In this document: piece by piece, positions 27,481 to 37,246 of the stretch
Position numbering within the stretch: position 1 is the first letter of the stretch
Layout: the number at the start of each line of letters is the position of its first letter
NCBI GenBank assembly: GCA_041602315.1
Contig: JBFIGM010000001.1
Coordinates: 1-37,246 of the forward strand
DNA length: 37,246 nt
Origin: Methylophilaceae bacterium
Lineage (GTDB): Bacteria > Pseudomonadota > Gammaproteobacteria > Burkholderiales > Methylophilaceae
Direction: 5' to 3'
The notes under the pieces: generated by a model
The model's database searches: none
Told to the model about the DNA's origin: nothing
What the model saw: only the letters and a program-made list of their open reading frames with translations
Program-made: the position numbers and the translations under genes

Positions 27481-28119
27481 ATGATTAATACTACAACACA
27501 ATTATTACTACTATTGATGTTTACGCTAAGCCTAAACTTCTGGTCGCTTAAGACATTATCGCTGATATTTTTTGCGTTATTAATTTCCCATATCTATCTT
27601 AAAAATATGCATTACTATCGATTAATGAAGCGATTGAAATGGTTTTATGCGGTAATGTTTATTCTTTTTGTTTTCAATACGCCAGGCCAACATTTACCCA
27701 ATTGGCCAGCTTGGGCAGAGCCTACTTATGAAGGTATCGAGGCAGGTATAAAACAATTTATTCGAGTTGCAACAATATTGGGTGTATTGTCACTTGTACT
27801 AATTAACAACAACAAGCAGCAACTAATCTCAGGTTTGTACTTTTTGATTAGACCAATGTCATTTTTTGGTTTAGATGTGAAGCGGTTCTCAGCACGATTG
27901 TGGCTTACTCTACATTATGTTGAATTGCATGAAGAAAATAATAAAGAAGCTTTGCTTTCAACTCATCTATCAGATAGTTTAACTGCCATTTTTGCTAATG
28001 ACACACACGACGATTTAACAATAGAGTTAGAGAAGCCAGAATTTACACGAGTCGATTTGATCGCCTTACTTAGTATGTTATTTGTATCTACTTACATCAT
28101 ATGGAGCAAGGGTATTTAA
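27481..28119 (+). CDS. Hypothetical polytopic membrane protein, weakly EcfT/CbiQ-like
   Basis: ~212 aa with 4-5 TM segments. The stretch FIRVATILGVLSLVLINNNKQQLISGLYFLIRPMSFFGLDVKRFSARLWLTLHYVE resembles the conserved core of CbiQ/EcfT transmembrane components, but this is my recognition only. I preferred the start at ATG 27481, with a GAGG SD 5 nt upstream, over 27457. The stop overlaps the truA ATG (TAATG). Confidence 0.5.
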   Translation: MINTTTQLLLLLMFTLSLNFWSLKTLSLIFFALLISHIYLKNMHYYRLMKRLKWFYAVMFILFVFNTPGQHLPNWPAWAEPTYEGIEAGIKQFIRVATILGVLSLVLINNNKQQLISGLYFLIRPMSFFGLDVKRFSARLWLTLHYVELHEENNKEALLSTHLSDSLTAIFANDTHDDLTIELEKPEFTRVDLIALLSMLFVSTYIIWSKGI

Positions 28120-28898
28120 TGCGCATCGCCTTGGGAGTGGAGTATGATGGTGCAAGTTTTTGTGGCTGGCAGAGTCAACCAAGTGGCTGTGGCGTACAAG
28201 ATGTTTTAGAAATAGCGATTGCTAAAATTGCACAACAACCTGTGCGTATTCACGCAGCTGGTCGGACTGATACGGGTGTACACGCATTAATGCAAGTCGT
28301 CCATTTTGATGTTGAGGTAAAACGCCCAGAAACTGCCTGGGTTAGAGGCGTGAATGCCTTCTTGCCAAAGGCTGTGCGCGTTTTTTGGTCTAAGGACGTT
28401 CCAGAAGCATTTCACGCCCGTTTTTCAGCCTTAAAAAGAAGTTATGAGTACCTATTGATTAATACAAGTGTTGCGCCAGCCGTATTGGCTACAAAAGCAG
28501 GCTGGTATCATCTACCTTTGGATTTTGAAGCGATGAAGCAAGCTATACAGCATTTAATTGGCGAGCATGATTTTAGTGCATTTCGAGCAAGTGAATGTCA
28601 AGCAAAATCACCGATTCGCCATATGTATGATGCATCAATTATTTCGCATAGTGATAGATTTGTATTCAAATTTACCGCAAATGCTTTTCTACAACATCAG
28701 GTTCGAAATATGATAGGAGCGCTGATTTATGTTGGTAATGGTAAGCATCCACCTGAGTTGATAAAAGAACTATTACAACTACACGACCGAACCTTATCTC
28801 CACCGACTTTTTCAGCGAATGGTCTATACCTAACAGGTGTTGAATATGATGGAAAATGGCAACTACCAAACCAAAATCGGCATATTGGTTTAATTTAA
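28119..28898 (+). CDS. truA: tRNA pseudouridine(38-40) synthase
   Basis: Begins MRIALGVEYDGASFCGWQSQ and contains AAGRTDTGVHA (catalytic Asp). I placed the start at ATG 28119 rather than 28101. Confidence 0.9.
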   Translation: MRIALGVEYDGASFCGWQSQPSGCGVQDVLEIAIAKIAQQPVRIHAAGRTDTGVHALMQVVHFDVEVKRPETAWVRGVNAFLPKAVRVFWSKDVPEAFHARFSALKRSYEYLLINTSVAPAVLATKAGWYHLPLDFEAMKQAIQHLIGEHDFSAFRASECQAKSPIRHMYDASIISHSDRFVFKFTANAFLQHQVRNMIGALIYVGNGKHPPELIKELLQLHDRTLSPPTFSANGLYLTGVEYDGKWQLPNQNRHIGLI

Positions 28899-28967
28899 TT
28901 TTTGTGCTTGTGGCGCAGTCTAAAGTTTGAGATAGTCTTATAACAATTCAGAATTTGCAAGGTACTC

Positions 28968-29585
28968 ATGCGAACACGTATAAAAATTTGTGGTATTACT
29001 CGAGTGGAAGACGCCCTTTCTGCAGTTGACCATGGCGCTGATGCAGTTGGTTTGGTGTTTTACCCAGATAGTCCAAGATGTGTGACAATAGCGCAAGCGC
29101 AAGCTATATCTAAAAAATTACCGCCTTTTGTGAGTATTGTTGGATTATTTGTGAACCCAACTAAGGCAGAAGTGACGGAAGTATTATCTTCTGTACATAT
29201 CGACTTGTTGCAATTTCATGGTGATGAGGATGAAGCAGCATGTAAACAATATGGCTTGCCTTATTTAAAGGCAATTCGAGTTAAATCAGATACAAATTTG
29301 ATACAATATGCAGAGTTGTACAAAGGTGCAAAAGCTTTATTGCTAGACACCTATTCGGATAATGCATTTGGTGGCACAGGGGAAACATTTGATTGGAGTG
29401 TTATTCCTAAAAAAATGCTGAAACCTATTATTCTTGCTGGGGGTCTCAATGCTGATAATGTAGTTCAAGCAGTGCAGCAAGTACGGCCTTATGCTGTTGA
29501 TGTGAGTGGTGGGGTGGAGCAAAGTAAAGGCATTAAAGACCCACTTAAGATTGAAGCGTTTGTTTCAGCAGTCAAAGGTTGTTAA
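28968..29585 (+). CDS. trpF: Phosphoribosylanthranilate isomerase
   Basis: 205 aa. Begins [16 protein letters not shown] and contains LQFHGDE and AGGLNADNV. Confidence 0.9.
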   Translation: MRTRIKICGITRVEDALSAVDHGADAVGLVFYPDSPRCVTIAQAQAISKKLPPFVSIVGLFVNPTKAEVTEVLSSVHIDLLQFHGDEDEAACKQYGLPYLKAIRVKSDTNLIQYAELYKGAKALLLDTYSDNAFGGTGETFDWSVIPKKMLKPIILAGGLNADNVVQAVQQVRPYAVDVSGGVEQSKGIKDPLKIEAFVSAVKGC

Positions 29586-29650
29586 TGTATTTTGATAAAT
29601 AAGAGTTAAGTTGTTATGCATTGCTGGAATGTCGACAACAAGGAGTAAGT

Positions 29651-30853
29651 ATGCAGTTATATGATATGCCAGATGAGCGAGGTCATTTTGGTCAATTTGG
29701 CGGTTCTTTTGTCGCTGAAACATTGGTTGAAGCGCTTGAAGAATTACGAGTGATGTATGAGAAATATCGGCATGATCCAACATTTTTAGCTGAATATGCC
29801 TATGATTTAAAACACTTTGTTGGAAGGCCAAGTCCAATTTATCATGCGCAGCGCTGGTCTGACAAGGTGGGTGGTGCTCAAATTTACCTTAAACGCGAAG
29901 ACCTAAACCATACAGGCGCACACAAGGTAAACAATACGATTGGACAGGCCTTGCTTGCTAAACGTATGGGTAAACCAAGAGTCATTGCTGAAACTGGGGC
30001 GGGTCAACATGGTGTGGCAACGGCAACAATCGCTGCGCGTCTGGGATTAGAGTGCGTTGTTTACATGGGAAGTGAGGATGTCAAAAGGCAAGCGCCAAAT
30101 GTTTTTAGAATGAAATTACTTGGTGCAACTGTTGTGCCAGTTGAAAGTGGTTCGAAAACGCTAAAAGATGCATTAAATGAAGCAATGCGTGACTGGGTCA
30201 CTAATATTTCGAATACTTTCTATATCATCGGCACAGTTGCTGGTCCGCATCCCTATCCAATGATGGTAAGAGATTTCCAAGCTGTTATTGGTACAGAGGC
30301 CAAAGTGCAAATGCAAGAGATGGTAGGTCGACAACCAGATGCCGTTGTTGCATGTGTAGGTGGCGGTTCTAATGCTATGGGAATATTCTACCCTTATATT
30401 GATGTGCCCAATGTGCGACTCATTGGCGTTGAGGCTGCTGGCCATGGTTTAGAAACTGGTGCTCATGCGGCACCGCTAAGCACCAATAGCGCTGTTGGTG
30501 TATTGCATGGTAATAGAACATATTTAATGCAAGATGAAGATGGCAATATCATTGAGACACACTCAATATCGGCTGGCTTGGATTACCCTGGGGTTGGACC
30601 TGAGCATGCATGGTTAAAAGATATCAAACGTGCTGAATACGTCGGTATTACTGATGATGAGGCAATGGCTGCATTCCACAGTTTATGTAGAACAGAAGGT
30701 ATCATTCCTGCGCTTGAATCCAGTCATGCCTTAGCTCATGCGGAAAAAATGGCAAAAGAAATGCGTAAAGATGAAATTATTTTAGTCAATCTCTCTGGTC
30801 GTGGCGATAAAGATATTAATACAGTTGCCAAACTAGCTAACATCACCTTATAA
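29651..30853 (+). CDS. trpB: Tryptophan synthase beta chain
   Basis: Begins [25 protein letters not shown] and contains [11 protein letters not shown] (PLP Lys) and GGGSNAMG. I placed the start at ATG 29651, with an AGGAG SD, rather than the TTG at 29621. Confidence 0.95.
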   Translation: MQLYDMPDERGHFGQFGGSFVAETLVEALEELRVMYEKYRHDPTFLAEYAYDLKHFVGRPSPIYHAQRWSDKVGGAQIYLKREDLNHTGAHKVNNTIGQALLAKRMGKPRVIAETGAGQHGVATATIAARLGLECVVYMGSEDVKRQAPNVFRMKLLGATVVPVESGSKTLKDALNEAMRDWVTNISNTFYIIGTVAGPHPYPMMVRDFQAVIGTEAKVQMQEMVGRQPDAVVACVGGGSNAMGIFYPYIDVPNVRLIGVEAAGHGLETGAHAAPLSTNSAVGVLHGNRTYLMQDEDGNIIETHSISAGLDYPGVGPEHAWLKDIKRAEYVGITDDEAMAAFHSLCRTEGIIPALESSHALAHAEKMAKEMRKDEIILVNLSGRGDKDINTVAKLANITL

Positions 30854-30872
30854 AAATTAGAATTTTCAAACT

Positions 30873-31667
30873 ATGTCACGTATTCAATCAACTTTTGCCG
30901 CACTTAAAGCAAATCATAAAAAAGCACTTATTCCATACATAACGGCAGGAGATCCACATCCTGATTTTACCGTAGAACTGATGCATACCATGGTTAAGAA
31001 TGGTGCCAATATTATCGAGTTAGGCGTGCCGTTTTCAGATCCAATGGCTGATGGCCCTGTGATACAGCGTGCAAGTGAGCGTGCGTTAGCCCACAAAGTC
31101 GGCTTGCGGAAAGTGTTGGATTTGGTGAAGACGTTCCGCTTAAAGGATCAGGATACCCCAGTTGTTTTAATGGGCTACGCAAATCCAATCGAAGCAATGG
31201 GAACTGCGGTATTCGCAGAGAAAGCGAAAGAGGCGGGGGTTGATGGTGTATTGACTGTTGATTACCCACCAGAAGAGTGCCATGATTTTATAGCTGAATT
31301 AAATAAGCACGATATCGATAGTATTTTTTTACTTTCGCCAACAACTGAAAAAAAACGAATCGATTTAGTAGTGAAGCAAGCGACAGGGTTTCTATATTAT
31401 GTGTCCCTCAAAGGCGTTACTGGCGCAGCAAATCTTGATATAAATGAGGTAGAATCACGGGTTGCCGATATTAGAACGCAGACTGATTTGCCGATTGGCG
31501 TTGGTTTTGGTGTAAAAGATGCTGCGACGGCGAAATCAATTGCAGCATTTGCCGATGCAGTTGTAGTAGGAAGTCGCACTGTGTCTACTATCGAAGCATC
31601 TACTGAAGACACATTGATACAGAATATTGGTAATTTAATACAAGAATTGCGTTCAGCAATCGATTAA
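30873..31667 (+). CDS. trpA: Tryptophan synthase alpha chain
   Basis: 264 aa. Contains [28 protein letters not shown] and [10 protein letters not shown]. Confidence 0.95.
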   Translation: MSRIQSTFAALKANHKKALIPYITAGDPHPDFTVELMHTMVKNGANIIELGVPFSDPMADGPVIQRASERALAHKVGLRKVLDLVKTFRLKDQDTPVVLMGYANPIEAMGTAVFAEKAKEAGVDGVLTVDYPPEECHDFIAELNKHDIDSIFLLSPTTEKKRIDLVVKQATGFLYYVSLKGVTGAANLDINEVESRVADIRTQTDLPIGVGFGVKDAATAKSIAAFADAVVVGSRTVSTIEASTEDTLIQNIGNLIQELRSAID

Positions 31668-31685
31668 AACAACATTGGGGTAGCT

Positions 31686-32543
31686 ATGAGCTGGTTAGAT
31701 AAGATTCCACAAAAGATTCAACACGTTGTCGGGAGCGTACAGAAGCGCAGTATGCCCGAAGGACTATGGAGTAAGTGTGATGCCTGTCAGTCTGTGTTAT
31801 ATAAAACAGACTTAGAAACGAATTTAGAAGTTTGTCCAGAATGTGGTCACCATAACCGTATTTCAGCAAGACAGAGAATCAACTTTATACTCGATCCTGA
31901 CAATCAAGTGGAAATCGGTGAAAAAGTTACACCTATCGATTCGCTAAAGTTTAAAGATAGTAAACGATACACAGAGCGCATGAAAGAAGCACAAAAAACA
32001 GTAAATGAGCTTGATGCGTTAGTTGTTAAAAAAGGTAGTATCTTGGAACTACCTGTAGTGATAGCTGCTTTTGAGTTTAAATTTATGGGTGGCTCTATGG
32101 GTTCTGTTGTTGGTGAGCGGTTTGTTAGAGGTGTGAATGCGGCAATAGAACACAAAACACCATTTATATGTATTGCCGCAAGCGGTGGTGCGAGAATGCA
32201 AGAAGGTTTATTGTCTCTGATGCAAATGGCAAAAACCAGTGCAGCATTAACCAAATTGTCAGAAGCTGGCTTACCTTTTATTTCGATTTTGACTGATCCT
32301 ACTATGGGTGGTGTCTCAGCTAGTTTTGCAATGTTAGGAGATGTGATCATTGCAGAACCGAATGCATTAATCGGTTTTGCGGGACCACGCGTTATTGAGC
32401 AGACAGTTCGCGAAACATTACCTGATGGCTTTCAGCGAGCGGAGTTTCTGTTAGAGCATGGTGCTATTGATGCCATTATTGACCGTCGTGAAATGCGTGA
32501 GAAACTTAAAAATATATTGACTAGTTTGATGCACGCAGTTTAA
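31686..32543 (+). CDS. accD: Acetyl-CoA carboxylase carboxyltransferase beta subunit
   Basis: 285 aa. N-terminal Zn ribbon [26 protein letters not shown], followed by the carboxyltransferase motif [12 protein letters not shown]. Confidence 0.95.
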   Translation: MSWLDKIPQKIQHVVGSVQKRSMPEGLWSKCDACQSVLYKTDLETNLEVCPECGHHNRISARQRINFILDPDNQVEIGEKVTPIDSLKFKDSKRYTERMKEAQKTVNELDALVVKKGSILELPVVIAAFEFKFMGGSMGSVVGERFVRGVNAAIEHKTPFICIAASGGARMQEGLLSLMQMAKTSAALTKLSEAGLPFISILTDPTMGGVSASFAMLGDVIIAEPNALIGFAGPRVIEQTVRETLPDGFQRAEFLLEHGAIDAIIDRREMREKLKNILTSLMHAV

Positions 32544-32565
32544 TTGCCTCTAGCAACTACTTTCA

Positions 32566-33846
32566 GTGAACAACCAAATAAAAAAGCCTGCTACATTAAA
32601 CCAATGGTTGGCTTATATTGAGGCCCTGCACCCTAAATCTATTGAGATGGGGCTTGACAGAGTGAATGAGGTTGTGAGCCACTTAGCACTAGAGTCTTTG
32701 CCACCAATTATTAGTATTGCAGGTACTAACGGTAAAGGGTCTACCTGCGCAATGCTTGAACATATATATTCGAAAGCAGGCTATCGTGTTGGTGCCTATG
32801 TTTCACCACATCTGTTGCATTACAACGAGCGTGTAAGAGTTAATCTGCAGAGTATCTCTGATGATGATTTATGCTTGGCTTTTTCTGCTATAGAAGCAGC
32901 ACGTGGTGAAGTCGTACTTACTTATTTCGAGATGGGTACATTGGCAGCACTTTGGTATTTTTCGCGACTAAAGCTCGATGTCATCTTGCTTGAAGTCGGT
33001 ATGGGCGGGCGCTTGGATGCGGTAAATGCTTTCGAGCCTAGTTGCTCAATCGTAACGTGCATTGATTTAGATCACACCGATTATTTGGGGGATACAAGAG
33101 AGAAAATAGCTGCAGAAAAAGCAGGTATTTATCGCAAGGGTAAACCCGCTATTTGTGGAGATGATAACCCACCAGAAAGCCTAGTAAACTATGCTTGTGA
33201 AATCGGTGCCAATCTTTTGTTAATTCACCGTGATTTTGAAGTAGAAAAGATAGAGGATGGTTGGATATATCAAGTCGATCAAGATCAGCTAATATTACCT
33301 ACGCTGGCACTGCAAGGGGATTTTCAACTTAATAATGCAGCCTGTGCCATTAGTGCCGTACGAAGTCTTGCAGAGGAACTACCAGTAACATTAGATGCAA
33401 TCAAGAATGCATTAGCTAATGTGACATTACTGGGTCGCTTTTATACCATTAGCAAAAGCCCTGAAGTGATTTTAGATGTGGCACATAATCCACAAGCAGC
33501 AAAATCGCTAGTGCAAAATTTGATAAAGCACCCCTGTAAAGGTCGTACTTTAGGTGTTTTTGCCATGTTGGCTGACAAGGATATTGAACAGGTGACGCAA
33601 GATCTTTTACCATACATATCTATTTGGTACCTTGCAGATACTCAAAACCCGCGTGGGGCCAAGGCTACAGAGCTGGAGTCTTATTTATTACCTGAGGCAA
33701 AAGGTAATATCAAATGTTTTGATAGCGTGGCTAAAGCGTTACATAGTGCCTGTATCGATGTAGGTAAAAATGATAGAATTATCGTATTCGGCTCATTCTA
33801 TACAGTGGCAGATGCTATTGAAGTATTAACAGTGCAAGGAAGATAA
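32566..33846 (+). CDS. folC: Bifunctional folylpolyglutamate synthase / dihydrofolate synthase
   Basis: 426 aa with a GTG start. Contains the P-loop IAGTNGKGSTC, EVGMGGRLDAVN and DVAHNPQAA. Confidence 0.9.
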   Translation: MNNQIKKPATLNQWLAYIEALHPKSIEMGLDRVNEVVSHLALESLPPIISIAGTNGKGSTCAMLEHIYSKAGYRVGAYVSPHLLHYNERVRVNLQSISDDDLCLAFSAIEAARGEVVLTYFEMGTLAALWYFSRLKLDVILLEVGMGGRLDAVNAFEPSCSIVTCIDLDHTDYLGDTREKIAAEKAGIYRKGKPAICGDDNPPESLVNYACEIGANLLLIHRDFEVEKIEDGWIYQVDQDQLILPTLALQGDFQLNNAACAISAVRSLAEELPVTLDAIKNALANVTLLGRFYTISKSPEVILDVAHNPQAAKSLVQNLIKHPCKGRTLGVFAMLADKDIEQVTQDLLPYISIWYLADTQNPRGAKATELESYLLPEAKGNIKCFDSVAKALHSACIDVGKNDRIIVFGSFYTVADAIEVLTVQGR

Positions 33847-33849
33847 ATC

Positions 33850-34464
33850 ATGCAAAACGATCAAGTTGACCCAGGTCTGAGTTTTAAAAAACGGGCGCGT
33901 CGTCGTTTGGTCGGTGCAATAGCATTAGTATTGCTGATGGTTATTATTTTACCAATGATGTTAGAAGATCGTGAAAAAGCAGTTCAGGAAGATGTCGAGA
34001 TTATTATGTCGCCATCACCGTCAGATATGGAGGCTTCTGTAGGAGTTGAGACAGAAAACTTGGCCGATGTTGAAGAGGTAATTATTCAACAGCCTCCTAA
34101 TGAAGACACTGTTTTAAAAGAGTCACTAGAATTGCCTGATGTAGATAAACCTACAGCCACTACGGAAGCTACAAAAACAGAAAAGCTTGAAACAAAAGAA
34201 ACACCAAAGACAAGTACGGAGGCAGCTAATGGCAATGGCTATTATGTCCAGATAGGTGTTTTTTCTAATCCTGAGAATATTAAAAAACTACAACTCAAAT
34301 TAAATGATTTAGGTTATCGGTCGTTAACAGAGAAGATAACTACCGATACTGGTGTTAAAACACGCTTACGTACCGAAAGTTTCAGTGAAAGAAATGAAGC
34401 AGCTATTGCCTTGCAAAACATTAAGGATGCAGGCTTAGCAGGTATGGTTGTTAGTCAAAAGTGA
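33850..34464 (+). CDS. SPOR-domain cell-division protein (DedD-like)
   Basis: 204 aa. It has an N-terminal TM anchor, a Pro/Thr/Glu-rich linker and a C-terminal SPOR domain (GYYVQIGVFSNPENIKKLQLKL...). Its position between folC and cvpA matches dedD in E. coli. Confidence 0.75.
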   Translation: MQNDQVDPGLSFKKRARRRLVGAIALVLLMVIILPMMLEDREKAVQEDVEIIMSPSPSDMEASVGVETENLADVEEVIIQQPPNEDTVLKESLELPDVDKPTATTEATKTEKLETKETPKTSTEAANGNGYYVQIGVFSNPENIKKLQLKLNDLGYRSLTEKITTDTGVKTRLRTESFSERNEAAIALQNIKDAGLAGMVVSQK

Positions 34465-34477
34465 AGGTTTTAATTAA

Positions 34478-34969
34478 TTGACAAGCTTTGATTATATGGT
34501 GCTTGCCATTATTGGTATCTCCATTATTGTAAGTATGATGCGGGGTGCGGTTAAGGAGATGCTTGCAATTTTTGGGTGGCTTGTGGCGTTTTATGTGGCG
34601 AAAACATATTCATCGATGTTGTCTCCCATACTTCCGCAAGATATACCTACAGAAGCTTTAAAGACACTAGCCGCGTTTTTGATACTTTTAATTGCTGTAT
34701 TATTTATTAATAGCCTCTTATCAATTGCAATATCAAGCGTTATCAGTAAAGTAGGTCTGGGTTGGCTAAATCGTTTTTTGGGTATTCTTTTTGGTTTTGC
34801 AAAAGGGGTGCTAATTGTATGCGTATTGGTTTTTTTAGCAGGGTTAACCAGTTTACCAAAAGAAAAAATGTGGACTGATGCTATGCTGAGCTCTCCACTA
34901 GAAGTATTAGTTAAATCGACTTTTCCTTGGATACCATATAGTGTTACCAAACATGTTAAGTTTGATTGA
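34478..34969 (+). CDS. cvpA: Colicin V production protein CvpA family membrane protein
   Basis: 163 aa with a TTG start. MTSFDYMVLAIIGISIIVSMMRGAVKE aligns with the E. coli CvpA N-terminus (MVWIDYAIIAVIAFSSLVSLIRGFVRE, from memory). Confidence 0.85.
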   Translation: MTSFDYMVLAIIGISIIVSMMRGAVKEMLAIFGWLVAFYVAKTYSSMLSPILPQDIPTEALKTLAAFLILLIAVLFINSLLSIAISSVISKVGLGWLNRFLGILFGFAKGVLIVCVLVFLAGLTSLPKEKMWTDAMLSSPLEVLVKSTFPWIPYSVTKHVKFD

Positions 34970-35012
34970 TTTTATGATTTAATAGCGCTTTGCTAAAGGA
35001 CGACACTGAACT

Positions 35013-36560
35013 ATGTGCGGAATTATTGGGATTGTAGGCAAAAATCCAGTTAATCAACTGTTGTATGACGGTTTGTTGGTACTTCAACATCGAGGGCAAG
35101 ATGCAGCTGGTATTGTCACCTGTGATGGTAATACATTTTTTATGCACAAAAGTAATGGTTTGGTAAAAGATGTATTTCAAACGCGGCATATGCGCAGTTT
35201 AATTGGTAATGCTGGTATTGCCCATGTGCGTTATCCAACTGCTGGCTCCTCTAGCGCAGCAGAAGCCCAACCTTTTTACGTAAACTCTCCATTTGGTATA
35301 GTGCTCGGACATAACGGGAATTTGACCAATTCTGAACAGCTCAAATCAGAAGTGTTCCGCCAAGACTTGCGGCACATTAATACCACGTCCGATTCTGAAG
35401 TGTTGCTAAATGTGCTAGCGCATGAGATTGAAAAAACATCTAAAAGCGCTGTGCTCAATACAGATATGGTGTTTGATGCAGTGAGTCGTGTACATCGCCG
35501 TTGCAAAGGCGCTTACGCGGTTGTAGCGATGATAGCTGACTTCGGTTTACTTGCTTTTCGCGATCCACATGGGATTCGTCCGCTGGTAATCGGAAAGATG
35601 GAAACGGAAAAAGGCACAGAATACATTGTTGCCTCAGAAAGTGTTGCGCTAGATGTGCTTGGCTTTACCTTGATGCGTGATGTTGAGCCAGGAGAAGCGG
35701 TATTTATTGATATGGATGGCAATTTATTCAGTCGCCAATGTGCTGATAATGCGCAACTAACCCCCTGTATTTTTGAATATGTCTACTTGGCTAGACCAGA
35801 CTCTTTAATCGATGGTGTCTCTGTTTATCAAACACGTTTAGATATGGGGTCAAGGTTAGCTGAAAAAATAAAGAGAGAGTGGGCTCATTTAGATATTGAT
35901 GTCGTAATCCCGATACCAGACACTAGTAGGCCAAGTGCGCTGCAAGTTGGCTTGGCGTTAGGCTTGGAGTATCGAGAAGGCTTTATAAAAAATCGCTATA
36001 TCGGTCGGACATTCATCATGCCTGGACAAGCTTTACGCAAAAAATCTGTAAGACAGAAACTTAATCCGATTGGTGTAGAGTTTGCTGGAAAAAATGTATT
36101 GCTCATTGACGACTCTATTGTGCGTGGCACTACTTCAAAGCAAATTGTACAAATGGCACGTGATGCAGGAGCGCGAAAAGTTTATTTTGCATCAGCGGCA
36201 CCTCCTGTCAGATTCCCGAACGTATATGGTATTGATATGCCCAGTCGTGAAGAGTTATTGGCGACTGGACGTACGGATGAGGAGATATGCCAAGAGATAG
36301 GCGCAGATGCGCTCATTTATCAAGATTTAGATGCATTAGAGGATATCGTATTGAGGCTCAATCCTGATATTCAGGATTTTGATTCAAGCTGTTTTGATGG
36401 ACATTATGTTACGGGTGATGTAGATATTACTTACTTAGATCGGATTGAGGCATTACGGGGTGATGCTGTGCAAACTCAACGACCACCAAATTCAACAACA
36501 CAAATGGACTTAAATTTGGTTGGTGGTGAAGAAGATGACTTACTAGAGCGTGCTTCCTAA
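35013..36560 (+). CDS. purF: Amidophosphoribosyltransferase
   Basis: 515 aa. Begins MCGIIGIV (Ntn Cys) and contains [11 protein letters not shown] and the PRPP motif [14 protein letters not shown]. Confidence 0.95.
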   Translation: MCGIIGIVGKNPVNQLLYDGLLVLQHRGQDAAGIVTCDGNTFFMHKSNGLVKDVFQTRHMRSLIGNAGIAHVRYPTAGSSSAAEAQPFYVNSPFGIVLGHNGNLTNSEQLKSEVFRQDLRHINTTSDSEVLLNVLAHEIEKTSKSAVLNTDMVFDAVSRVHRRCKGAYAVVAMIADFGLLAFRDPHGIRPLVIGKMETEKGTEYIVASESVALDVLGFTLMRDVEPGEAVFIDMDGNLFSRQCADNAQLTPCIFEYVYLARPDSLIDGVSVYQTRLDMGSRLAEKIKREWAHLDIDVVIPIPDTSRPSALQVGLALGLEYREGFIKNRYIGRTFIMPGQALRKKSVRQKLNPIGVEFAGKNVLLIDDSIVRGTTSKQIVQMARDAGARKVYFASAAPPVRFPNVYGIDMPSREELLATGRTDEEICQEIGADALIYQDLDALEDIVLRLNPDIQDFDSSCFDGHYVTGDVDITYLDRIEALRGDAVQTQRPPNSTTQMDLNLVGGEEDDLLERAS

Positions 36561-36563
36561 AAA

Positions 36564-36596
36564 ATAAGCCACTATTGATATAGTGGCTTATTTTTC
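36564..36596 (+). terminator. Rho-independent terminator after purF
   Basis: ATAAGCCACTAT-TGAT-ATAGTGGCTTAT forms a perfect 12-bp stem, followed by TTTTT. Confidence 0.8.
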
Positions 36597-36857
36597 ATTA
36601 TTAACTCCCAACTAATCCCATACTACCTAAATGGGTTATTGTGTACTAATACAACCAACGTTTTAATCTTTCAACTGTCGAGTCGACGACGAAATTGTCG
36701 AGATTTAACAGTAAACTCGCAAAATAATAATAATGATAATCATAAGTTATTGAATAAAAAAGGCTAAATTAAGCTAATTGCTTGGCATTGTTTATGCAGT
36801 TATTTATTGAACGTTGCTAATAAGGTAACAAAGCTTAATATTTAATTGAGGGAAACT

Positions 36858-37246
36858 ATGCGTGAGGTGCCATTCAATAAACCATATCTTACTGGTAAAG
36901 AGATTGAATATATCAAACAATCCCATGCAGTTGGAAATTTATCAGGAGATGGGTTTTTTACCGAGGAATCAAGCGCATGGCTTGAACAAAAAACCAAAAC
37001 AAAAAAAGCGTTATTAACACACTCCTGTACTGCTGCATTAGAAATGGCCGCATTGCTAGCTGATATTCAACCAGGCGATGAAGTTATCATGCCATCTTAT
37101 ACTTTCGTTTCAACTGCCAATGCATTTGTATTACGTGGTGGCATTCCTGTTTTTGTGGATATTCGACCTGATACGCTAAACATCAATGAGAACTTAATAG
37201 AAGCAGCGATAACAAACAGAACGAAAGCGATTGTGCCAGTTCACTA
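36858..37246 (+). CDS. DegT/DnrJ/EryC1-family sugar aminotransferase, WecE (dTDP-4-amino-4,6-dideoxygalactose transaminase)-like; N-terminal 129 codons, continues beyond the window
   Basis: Frame is open to the window end, with a GAGGGA SD. FNKPYLTGKEIEYIKQ..GNLSGDGFFT and SCTAALEMAALLADIQPGDEVIMPSYTFVSTANAFVLRGGIPVFVDIRPDTLNI are almost colinear with E. coli WecE as I recall it. Confidence 0.8.
   Translation, partial: MREVPFNKPYLTGKEIEYIKQSHAVGNLSGDGFFTEESSAWLEQKTKTKKALLTHSCTAALEMAALLADIQPGDEVIMPSYTFVSTANAFVLRGGIPVFVDIRPDTLNINENLIEAAITNRTKAIVPVH

Noticed and set aside
31904-32350. 148-aa minus-strand ORF within accD; similar antisense ORFs lie within leuC (19591..19980) and cvpA (34591..34950)
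   Set aside because: All lie inside strongly supported genes on the opposite strand and give low-information translations, so they are shadow ORFs.

Overview
This 37.2-kb chromosomal window is AT-leaning (roughly 40-45% GC by eye) and consists almost entirely of core metabolism. From left to right it holds: acs (partial, minus strand), glnE, dhaL-dhaK (minus strand), a NarX/NarL-type two-component pair, an orphan lipoprotein plus an EamA transporter (minus strand), and a DUF898 membrane protein plus an M48 metalloprotease. Next comes a small self-contained mini-ORF unit, then argD-argF-argG-cimA, an MmyB-like XRE regulator (minus strand), leuC-leuD-leuB, ppnP, yajQ and an entericidin-like mini-lipoprotein. 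The window ends with the conserved block asd-fimV-(membrane ORF)-truA-trpF-trpB-trpA-accD-folC-SPOR(dedD-like)-cvpA-purF and the start of a sugar-aminotransferase (wecE-like) gene. Gene content and order fit a betaproteobacterium, possibly Methylophilaceae/Nitrosomonadales-like. That placement is from memory of synteny and I cannot verify it without a search. I found no rRNA, tRNA, CRISPR array, transposase, integrase, phage gene, or recognisable defence or toxin-antitoxin gene. I do not see a convincing new multi-gene system. The observations most worth a second look are these. (1) A relic of a second argF 3' end, diverged only at synonymous sites, sits between argF and argG and looks like an in-situ gene-replacement scar. 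(2) A promoter, SD, 52-codon tail-anchored mini-ORF and terminator follow the M48 protease gene. (3) The uncharacterised DUF898-M48 pair, in which the DUF898 protein carries a type IV pilin alpha1-helix-like segment and an acidic insert. (4) dhaL-dhaK has no adjacent dhaM. (5) cimA is fused to the arg operon, with an MmyB-like regulator in front of leuCDB. Several starts in the ORF track look over-extended, and I re-set them to downstream ATGs that have better SD sequences.
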